From the human T2T-CHM13v2.0 reference genome, Homo sapiens: a DNA stretch of 64,000 nucleotides. Positions 28,161-39,121 of this stretch are shown piece after piece. Within the stretch, counting starts at the first letter, position 1; the number at the start of each line of letters is the position of its first letter. Under the pieces are notes generated by a model, which made no database searches, had not been told where the DNA came from, and saw nothing but the letters and a program-made list of their open reading frames with translations. The DNA is taken from NCBI RefSeq assembly GCF_009914755.1, contig NC_060936.1; one strand, written 5' to 3'. The position numbers and the translations under genes are program-made.

Positions 28161-29771
28161 TGGAAACCAGTTTTTGAAGATAGTTATTACAGTTGGAAGA
28201 GCTGATTTTGAATCAAAATTGTGCTGTTGTAAATATAGTAAAGCCTAAGAATTCACATTAGCATGGTCATAATTATATTAAATTACTGTTTATGACCCTT
28301 CTTAGAGTGTAAAGCGGGACTATTCAAATACAAAGGTTGATAGATATAGCTGACTTTCACTTTAAGAAAACCAAAGGTACACTGTCAAGAGTGGTAGGCT
28401 TAAGCACATATTGCCAAAAATATATTTGAGAATTTTTTGTTTGATATTTCAATGTTGATTAGAGATTCTATTTTTCAAAAACATACTGAGCTAACATTTT
28501 TGTTTTGAATCATCTTGAAATGCTTGTGTGGAATCATTTTTAAAATTTCGAGCATACCCTAAAACATTAAGTACTTGACAGTGTCCTTTAATGTCTTATT
28601 GTCTGTTATATATAATTATCATAGTACGTATGCACTACATTATATACTGGTAACCAAATCTCAATGCCATTTGTGAGACTAGAGCATTAGTTACGCATTA
28701 AAGCAGTGTATGAGCTTGTAAATTCAGTGCAGGACCTAATAACACATTTTATATAATGGAATTTCAAGTGAGGGACTTCATCTTACATTTGAAGTGGACA
28801 CTCAGCTTTATTTTTAACTGCAAGTTGATCAAAGAGAATCTGTTATTTCCTTTAGAATATAATTTTAAACTTTCATATTTTTATTTTTGTAAGTTTCTTT
28901 TGCATATTCATTTCACAGAACAAAACTTGTTTATAAAACCAAAAAATAAGGGACCAAAAAAATCAGATTACTTTGTCTTGGGTGTTAAAAAATACATTTT
29001 CACTTTTTTATTTAAGTGGTCACTTATCTCTAAACTATTGATCAGTTATGTGAAAAGTTCCCATGTTTTCACATAAAATCTTTATTCAGTTTGGCTTTAA
29101 GAATGCAAGGTTGTCATTTGTTTTTGTGCCAAGTTACTTGAATTATACTTTTGTGTCTAATTTTCCTTTCACAGAAAAATTTTACAGCTGTACAGATGAA
29201 CTATTTTGATACATTTTTTAGAATTTGCCTTTTTTATTGAAGTCTAGTTTGTATCATTTGTTTTTTCTTTGTCTTTGTGGTTATGTATGTGTCTTAGTTA
29301 CAGAAATGTTCTGTTTTTTTTTTCTCTCTCCTTACGTGGTTTTATAATGTTCATTAGGAAGGCTGGTTTTGATCCCATAGTATCCGTTTAAAAGAGTAAT
29401 TTCTATGTGATTACTTCAAACATAAGCATTAAGAAATATGGTTAGAATGTTCAAATAAAAATCTAAAACTAAAGTATGACAAGAAGCTTACTTAACCTAG
29501 TCTTTAGTGTTACGTTTCAAATTGGGAGCTAATGGTTTTAAGGTAATTTAACTATATGACATGTTTGAGTGTTTACTATAAGTAGAAGATGCCATGCCTT
29601 ATACTTAAAAAGTATGAATTATATTATTTAATAAATTTAATAGTCAAAAATAGTCAATATTGAGTAAATGTAATATGCAAACTAGTTATATGTTTGCATT
29701 TAATATGCAAATAATATAATATGCATATAATATAACTAGTAGGTATGTTTGCATATTAAATGCAAGCATCT

Positions 29772-30031
29772 AACTAGTAGATATAGGACTTAATTAACAG
29801 ATATGACATGACGATTCAGTTCACTAAAAGTGGAACTTTTAGTTTCTATCTTAACTATAACTTGAGAGATTAATTTAGATTAATTTAGAATTAAAATGTG
29901 TATGTATATGGGTATATGTATAAGTAACATATTTATACACAAGGCACACATACTATGAGCACCCTGCAATTTGTAGGCATTTTTACATGTGAATGTTATT
30001 GGAACTGGTAGACATCACAGGAAGAAATTTT
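29772..30031 (+). repeat. ~260-bp local direct duplication, copy 1
   Basis: Aligns by eye to 31297-31555 (e.g. acacaaggcacacatactatgagcaccctgca identical). Confidence 0.92.
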
Positions 30032-30982
30032 ATATATTTGAGATTGTAGCATAGCATTAACACTTAAGGCAGCAATTTTGAAAAGGTTAATTAAAGATAC
30101 AGACTGCAGTTATTTACCTTCTTTAGTTGCCTTATTATAGCATATAAATGCCACGTTGAGTCTTTTGAGATTAAGATAATTTCCATATAGAATAAATGAT
30201 TAAGCTGCATATTCACAAACATGTTTGATTTTTTATTACTTCTTAAGTCATTCATATGACTTGAGCTCCAGGTTTCATTATTGTGTACCCAACTTTGAGA
30301 TACCAATAGATAAAACGTAATAAGATGAAAGCCAGGGGACTGGCCTTGGAATCATCAAGCTCAGTATTTGTCTGCAGTATGTTTCAGACCCTTAATTTCT
30401 CAGAAGTACAAATTTTAGGCAAACTTCTTAAATTTATACTGGATTATCTTGATGTCTCTACATATATGTTTAAACCATAGTAACTTAGATTTTGTACTAG
30501 AAAATCTCTAACTCTTAAAAGCAGATATATTTATAGCTTAGTTACTATCAAGAGAAGTCAGAAAGAGTATAGATTTTGGAACTAAACACATTCGAGTTTA
30601 GATCCCTACCCAGTTACTTACAGAAATAAGTAGTATTAGACATATCGTTTTATCTCTTTATGTCTTTATGTAAACACAGACTGTTCTTGACAGTTTACAT
30701 CAGAATCACCTATGGTACTTGGGAAAAAATTTGGATTTCTTGGCCCCACCCATGACCAATTACAAAATAATTTTTATAGATAGGCTTAGAAATTTTATGT
30801 TTAACAGATTCTGAGGCAGTTTTTGTACTATTGATAGTCTAGAACTTTAGTTTGCTTTATTTGTAACTTAGAGACAATATCTACTTCAGATGGATGCTGA
30901 CAAGATTTTAGATCATGCATATAAAATATATAGCACTGGACCAAGGACTTAGCAGCTCTTAGTTGTAGCTATTATACTAACA

Positions 30983-31196
30983 TAGGGGTTGGCAAACATT
31001 TTCTGTAAGGGGCTATGTAGTACAACTTTTAGGCATTGTGGGCTGGATAGTCTCCATTGCAACATTTCAGCTGTGTGTTGAGGCATGAACACAGCCATAG
31101 ACAATACATGAGTGAGCTGTGTTCAAATAAAACTTTATTTCCAAAAATAGGTGGTGGATTGGATTTGAGCTGAAGGTACATGGTTTGCCAACCCTG
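30983..31196. mobile_element. MER58A-like hAT element
   Basis: TIRs taggggttggcaaac ... gtttgccaaccctg. Confidence 0.8.
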
Positions 31197-31296
31197 TATT
31201 ATGTTTATAGCATTTGTTTTACAAAATATACCTGATTCTGAAAAAATGAAAAATGGTTACTATAGGCTAGATAGTAGGTAGTTAAGTCCTATAACT

Positions 31297-31555
31297 ACTA
31301 GTAGGTAGTTATAGGACTTAATTAACAGATAGATATGATGTGACAATTCAGTTTAAGTGCAACTTTCAGTTTCTATCTTAACTATAACTTGAGAGATTAA
31401 TTTAGAATTACAAATGTGTGTATATATATATATGAGCATATGTATACATAACATATTTACACACAAGGCACACATACTATGAGCACCCTGCAGTTTGTAG
31501 GCATTTTTACATGCGAATGTTATTGGAACAGATAGGCATCACGGGAAGAAATTTT
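31297..31555 (+). repeat. ~260-bp local direct duplication, copy 2
   Basis: See copy 1. Confidence 0.92.
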
Positions 31556-34009
31556 GCCTCTACCTGCTCTCACCATGTCAGTTGACAGGACTCAGGACAT
31601 GGGAGAAGAGTGAGCTTCCTTTCTGAAGTTGATGGTAGCTGTCAAGATTTTTGAAAAGTTAGTGCCAGGAATTAGGTGATTGGTAAGCAGCGGCCCATTC
31701 CTTGCCTTCAGTGAAATGACATCCTGAAAAGGTAAGAAAAGAATACTTAATGATATGGTGATAGAATTTGATATATAATAAGGAAACCAAAAGCAGCAGT
31801 TCTTGCTCCAGAACTATAGGAATTATCAGTCATCTTTTAAATCAATCATTAATTTAATAGACTTTATATTAAGCAGAATAAATTGTAATATTGCCTATGA
31901 CTAACTTCAAATCTAATATTTTAATTTCAACTAATCATTTAACTACTGACATCAAGAAATTACTAAAGCTGTTGAGATTTCTATCTCATGTCTTGATGTT
32001 CTCTCAGAATGTTTATTGGTCTCATGACTTTTGGTGACTTTCATTTCTCCTCCTGTCCCCATTTCTTCATAAAAGCTCATGTAAATACCTAATATTTAAC
32101 TTTAAATTTCAGTAATGGCAATCACTGTTTATTTTCTCTGTCAGCACAATACAAGAAGCTGATTTACAGCTGTTTAAGGAAATACAAATGAGTGGAAGAA
32201 AAGGAAAGCTTTTTCTGGGAATTAAAGAGTAAATCAGGTTTTGTTTTATTTTGCTTTGTTTTAAGAGTTCTATACAATATAAATAGAAAATGGGTGAGTC
32301 CCCATAGTCACTTGTTTGGCTCTAAATCTTATCCATTCTATTATTACTCCTGAGAAAGCTTTGTAGTTGTCATGTTACTCATGTTTTAATGACTGAGAAG
32401 AGTTTTTTCATTGGTACTTTTTAAAAATTTAAATAAATACAAATTGATTTTTGTGTTTGGTAAACTATGTTTTCTAGGGTGGTGTTTTTAAATGTAGTTT
32501 AATTTTTAACTCTGTTTTAATTTGTATTCTCAACCACTAGTTAGCAGAAAATAAAATATCTGTAAGTCAGATAATAAAAAACTTAAATGAACTGTAAAAA
32601 CCTGAAGTTATGAAGAAAGAGTGACCTAATATAGGTACTAGTTTGTTTGTTTTTTCATTCATTCATTCTGGCCCACTGTGTTCAGTCTTGTACTTGAATA
32701 AAAATGTCAGAAACACCACACTTTTTTCTTTAGTTTTTCATGCTTTTTTGTCTTTTCCCCTCCCCCAGCAAATGTGTTATTGTGTGTCAGCATTTTCTGC
32801 AAACTTCATTTTTTCTACTAGCATTTAAATATTTCCTGTGTCCTAGGGATTGCTCTGTGGATTGCAGGATAAAAGAGGGAAGGGACCCTAGTGCCCCTCC
32901 AGGAGGCTGTGTATCTTGTAGTGGAGGAGTCCAATCACTGAACAGATACTTACATTTAGAATGATGAGTGCTCTGGTGAAGGGGTACAGAGTACTACAGG
33001 ACACCAGCGTGAAGATTAAAGGGAAAGTGTTTCAGACTAGAATACTCCCTGTCTTTTTCTGTATAAAATAGAAAACATTTTGCTAACATTAGTAGGATTA
33101 TAGTTACTTTTCGTATCGTTCTCTTCGAACCTGCCTAACATTGCAGAGCAAGTAGGGTGAGTTGGAAAGATTTTTCAGGTTCTCATATTGACTATTTTGC
33201 TTTTCATTTTTATTCCTTTCTCCTAACAACAAAATAAAGGAATTCAGACAAACATGTCATGTGATAATTATATAGCCTTGGGTAATACATTATTATTTTT
33301 TAGTTTTAAAGTACTTTAAAAATTGGCAGAGTATTTTTAGTATACTAAGATTTGAACAGTTTAACCAGTAGTGTCGGGATTTGATTACGCTGATAAAGAT
33401 ATGCAAGAAATAAAGTAATAAAAGACAAAATGTAGGTTTGGAAAATTCAAATTGTAGTTTTATCCATTAATCATATACTTTACTTTGTGCTTGTCATTGT
33501 GATAATTACATAAAGATAAATAAAATAACACACCTAGCCCTTAAAGTAGTAGTTCTTTACTTTTTAAAGGTCAGGGGTCCCTTGAGAATCTGAAAAATTG
33601 AGAATCTCTTCCTAAGAAAGTGCACATACACATAAAATTTTAGGGAATATTCTAGTTGTCTTTTCATCCTTGAAACCCCAATTAAAAATTCATGTCTTAA
33701 AGAACTGAGATGATGATCATGCTATATGAGCTAGTTAATTATTAATGCTGATGTGGATATTCGTTTAAATAAAGCGAAATTTTAGAAATCAGAAGTTAAA
33801 TTTATAGAAGGAAAAAGTATATTTTCTGTTGTTAGGAAAGCATTTTCCAGTAATTTGATTTTTCTGGCACCCTAACTAAGGGAAGTTGGCTTTTTAAATT
33901 TTACTTTGTTGCAGAAGATTAAATTTAAGGTTGAGTTCCACTTTGTTTGCAATAGTTTGAAAAAGAATAGTTAATGCAGATTTTTTTTTTAAATTTTTTT
34001 CCTTTTAAG

Positions 34010-34065
34010 CTTTGTGTCTTGTACAATGTGAGTTTGCCAAATTTTCTTCATCTGCTACAGATTAG
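34010..34065 (+). other. Candidate alternative cassette / poison (micro)exon complex in ETNK1 intron 4
   Basis: Acceptors at AG 34008-9 and AG 34059-60; donors AAT|GTGAGT (34028) and TAG|GTATGC (34066); in-frame TAG 34063-65. Confidence 0.55.
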
Positions 34066-35200
34066 GTATGCCATTGTTGCTGCCATGTGGCGGCGCACCC
34101 CGTGCTTCTTAAACGCACTGACTGGAGGTTTATCGCATCACTTGTTCACATGCACGGAGCCTGGTAACAGCCTCATCTGTATCTTGTTAGCTTCATTTTC
34201 TTATTTTTAAAATTTCATTATTTATAAACTCAACATAGCATTTAAAAATAAAGGCTAGTTTTAATTAATTAATGTTACTACAAAAAGTCATTGCTAAAAT
34301 TTTCATAGTGAAACAGATTTTAACTTTTGTTAAAATGTGCTATGCTTTAATTAAATTGTATTTACTCTACAAGCAGGGATGTTTTACCTGCCATTTTAAC
34401 TGTATTTGCCAAATTCTAAATATAATTTTGAAAATTGAAATTGAAGCTTATGTTTATGTGGCAAAAGTAAGCTTCAGGACTGGGCTGTGTATTTTTATTG
34501 GCATGTAACAGTTAATATGAGCTCTACAAGAATTTGTTTTTAAGGAGCTAAAGCTATCAACAGCTGCAGATTTAAAAAATTATATATTAAAACTGTTAGG
34601 TTAGCTCAGTTGTACAACTTAGTGAATCTTGTATCCTGAGTTTCTGAAGGCTGGTGGATAGGTATCTCTGAAATCATTGTGTTTTAGTCTTTTTACTGAT
34701 AGTTTTGTATAGGGAATTCATCTTCTCTTTTAAAATAACTTTTTTCCTTTAATTTATTTCTATTACTTATTGTACATAAATTTTAAAATAAAAAAATAAA
34801 AGAAAAAAAGTCACTTGTCTATCACCTGTTAATAGTTTAAACATTTTGGTTTATTTCCATTCATCCTTCCCCCCCATGCATTATTTACATATTTTTTTTT
34901 CTCTGTAGGCATATTTTAATTTGGATCACAGTTTACTACTTAGTATCTCCTTTTCATGACATTTGTAATTTCCCTGGTCATTATTTTTGAAAATGAGATT
35001 TCTTCATGGTTTTATTTCATTTTATTTTCATGCCTGTGAGTATTTTATCATGATGGTTGTCTTCACTCTCCTACTCCCAATGATTCCTAGAAAAGAAACT
35101 TTAAAACATGTTTCTACTTCCCATTCTGCAGTTTAGTAAAATGATTTGGTTAACTCTTAAAACTTTTTGTGGAATAATGTTCTGTGAATTCAAGTATACA

Positions 35201-35290
35201 AGGCAGGAGGATCACTTCAGGCCAGGAGTTCCATACCAGCTTGGGCAACATAGCAAGACCCCGTCTCTACAAAAAACAAAAAGAGAAAAA
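35201..35290 (+). mobile_element. Alu/FLAM fragment
   Basis: aggcaggaggatcactt...gaccccgtctctac + A tail. Confidence 0.75.
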
Positions 35291-36732
35291 AATATATAAT
35301 ACTTGAGGTAGTTGAATTGCCGTGATTTATTGTCACCAATATTTTTAAATCTTATATTTATTATAATAATACACATTACATTTTTATAACTGGGTTATAA
35401 CATTGATTATTCTCACTTATTCTAGATGTGACTTATTTAAATAAGTTTAGAATTATATATTAAATACAATTATATTAAAAACATTTTTGCTTTTATGTAA
35501 AACACTATTTGCCATGACATTTTTTGTCACGTAATTTTGTTTTTCTTTGTGTTTGAATATGATCAAATACTTCCCAAAATTAAACTTACAAATGTATATC
35601 AACATATTATAATTCAAAAGCTGTTTTTATTTGGGAAATAAATAACAATGTGTAAAGACCGGGAATTTGTTCTCCTACCTAAGCCTGATGATTAAAAGAC
35701 AGTGTAACTATGCAGGTGTTAAACATTTTCTATATTCTTACAGCCATCTCTGTTCATATATCCATTTTTAACTCCACGCCCCTGTAAGCCTTTGAGTTTG
35801 TGATCCCTGGTGAAGACAGTGACCCACATTGATTTTTTTTTTTTAAGGTTTCTCTCTCTCTTTTTTGCTTTTTCTCTCGAATATAGGACCTATATCTTTG
35901 TTAAGGCAAATCCTTTATAATATTCATTACTCAAAAGTTAAAAGTTCCTGAGTAGTAGTATGAAAGAACTAGATTATCTTTGGAGAGTTATAATGACATG
36001 CCTATATATGTAGCAGTAATTTAGAATAGGCATCTATTTAGCTTATGTGAAAATTTCTCACGTTTATAAACGTTAAAAGAAACCATACTTTTGCTTTTTG
36101 TAAGATAAAACCACCACCTTATTGCACCGTAATGCTGCTCAGATATGGAAACCTTGGTTAGGTAGTATTACAGGAAAATGTAAGCATATGATAACAACTA
36201 ACTTCTTGTTAGTGATCTTACATTGCTCAGCAAGTATAGCATTATTGCAAGATTTACAGAATTCAGGTCTTTAAAAGTTTATATTTTATTTCCATATGTA
36301 GATAAGCTTGTCAGTTTACTGTTGGAGTATCATAAAGTTTTTGTTAAAATTACACAGATTATTAGTAATTTCCAAAGATAAAAATTATGTTTCTAATTAA
36401 ACTTGAATTTTTAAGTAACTGATGCCCCCATGTGGCAAAGGATTTATTTTGCTTTTGCTTAAACTTGGAGAATGACTGTCTTTTCATTTTTCTTTAAAAA
36501 AGTGGACATTAGTGTTTATAAAGAAGCTGTTGACCAAGAGACATAATTTGAATTTTGTAAAGCTCATTGCCATAAAATTCACAGCCCCTTACCCTGTATT
36601 GTCTCACAAGTGCATGTAATCAAGCACGTACAATGAGACAAAATATTGGAAGCTATTTAATTACAAATAGCATAGGGATTTTCTGATCTTATATGTGATT
36701 TCTTAATGTCTTTGTTTTTGTGTCTCACATAG

Positions 36733-36816
36733 GTGATGTACAGTTCATTGATTATGAATATTCTGGATACAACTACCTGGCATATGATATTGGAAATCAT
36801 TTCAATGAATTTGCAG
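36733..36816 (+). CDS. ETNK1: ETNK1 coding exon 5, choline/ethanolamine kinase motif (IDYEYSGYNYLAYDIGNHFNEF)
   Basis: tgtctcacatag acceptor, CAG|GTATAA donor; 84 nt, phase 1-1; not in the ORF track, translated by hand. Confidence 0.97.
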
Positions 36817-37017
36817 GTATAACTAATGGAGTAACTTATTTAGCTTTGAAACGATATTTTCAGAATATTTCATTCTTTTTTTAAAGTAGATAAACCGTGA
36901 GCAGGGGGAACATTTTCCCACGTGTTGTTGACCGTTTTTCTTTGCTTTTGTTTATCACTGGAAGAAAGCAGAGATGACCAAAATTTCTTCCTTAATTGCT
37001 ATCAGAAAGTAATAGGT

Positions 37018-37367
<350 letters not shown>

Positions 37368-38490
37368 TCAGACATAGCATAAGGTGCTTCATAAATCTTA
37401 CCTCATTTTTTTCTCCACAGCAGCCCTACAAGGTAATACTCGCAGTTTACATATCAAGAAAGAAACTCACCAAGGTCACAGTAAAATACAGAGAACTAAG
37501 ATTTGAAGCTAATTTTTAAGCATTTAAAAAGCCTTTGCTGTTTCCATTGTAAACTGGGGCTTTTGGAATATTAGTTCACTAAAAAGTTCAATAACCTTTT
37601 TTGACTTTGTCTATGAATATTGAAAAGTTGGTCATTTTTACCCCTATTAATTTATAATTACTTAAGTTAAAATTACTAGTTTTTTAAATGTAAGTGGGAA
37701 GAATTTAAAATCCATTTTATCACTCTTTATTTAGAAACACGAAATGCTCTAAAAACTAAAGATTAGAACATACCCCAGAATGGTTTATACCTAGTAGGAA
37801 TTTTTTATTGTTGAATTTATATTTGTGTAAGTTTATATATTTATATATTTTTATATACTTCAGATTACCAGACTGGGAAATACTCTGGGAAAAAATTTTA
37901 ATTTGATGTTTCCAGTTATTTTGGACTACCAAGCTTATCATATACATATAAGCTGTACATATTTTTACGTATCTCATCTATGGAAGGGGAACTAGCTGTG
38001 CATATAATAAAATATTAACATGTTAGTAATATAGACGGCCACTGCCGTGGATATGAAATAGAAAACTCCAGTGATCTTCTAATGATTTTGTGGACAAAAA
38101 AAGTGAGCTAAACCTTGTGAGTTAGGTAGAATTTGGATGTGCAAACTAAAGAGAAGGAAAGGGGAAAAAACTTTAAGATGAACTACTTACTTTTATAGGA
38201 TATAGAATTCATGAAGGAGACTACAGAGTTATAGGACTAGTGAGGTAGATTTAGACCAACTTCTAAAGAACCTTGGATGGCAAGATAGTATGAACTTTGT
38301 CTTCTAGGTTAGTATTTTCCAAACTATAGATCATGAAGTTAAATTTGTGGGGTAATGACTTTTTTGTTTGCAAGGAATGGAAAAGAGAAACAAAATCTCA
38401 GAGTTGGAAAATGTTGTTGGGATAAATACTGTTTTGTGAAATGTAGTATCAGCTGGTTCTATGTATAAGGTCTCAAAAAAAATGTATTCT

Positions 38491-38567
38491 TGGTTGCAGT
38501 GAGCCGAAATCATGCCACTGCACTCCAGCCTGGGTGACTGAACGAGATTCCGTCTCCAAAAAAAAAA
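38491..38567 (+). mobile_element. 5'-truncated Alu
   Basis: Alu 3' end flanked by gtattctt duplication. Confidence 0.8.
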
Positions 38568-38960
38568 GTATTCTTACCATGAGTCATGGTTTGAAAAGTT
38601 TTATAGCCACACTTTGAGGTAGTGCTCCAAATGTCAGCATGCTTAAGAATTTCCTGGGTTGCTTCCTAAAATGCATAGTTTGGGTTTGTGATGCAGCTGG
38701 TTCAAGCTATAAACTTTGAGGAAAAATTGAAGCTATGAGAATTGATTTGGTGATCAACAGTAATGTGCCTTAGTGTTTAAGCTGAAATACAGAATGATTG
38801 GTTTATTATTTTAATAAATGCTTTTTACTTAACATGCAGTATTCCAGCCAAAATGGAACTTTTCATTTTTTATGAAAAAATGGTGGTTTTAGGGATTATT
38901 AAGGTATGCAGAAGAGTTTATGTTTTAAAATTTTTGAGTGTAGTTTTTTTTCTTCTAAAG

Positions 38961-39121
38961 GTGTGAGTGATGTAGACTATAGTCTGTATCCAGATAGAGA
39001 ACTACAGAGTCAGTGGCTGCGTGCTTACCTTGAAGCCTACAAAGAATTTAAGGGCTTTGGGACTGAAGTTACTGAAAAGGAGGTAGAAATACTCTTCATT
39101 CAAGTCAATCAGTTTGCATTG
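38961..39121 (+). CDS. ETNK1: ETNK1 coding exon 6 (VSDVDYSLYP...VNQFAL)
   Basis: tttcttctaaag acceptor, TTG|GTAAGT donor; 161 nt. Confidence 0.97.

Noticed and set aside
34066-34200. Possible intronic snoRNA
   Set aside because: No convincing C/D box pair and no clear hairpin-H-hairpin-ACA layout by eye; an Infernal/Rfam search would be decisive.
33974-34210. 78-aa ORF over the unusual intron 4 element
   Set aside because: Starts in a poly-T acceptor tract, no promoter evidence; splice signals explain the region better.
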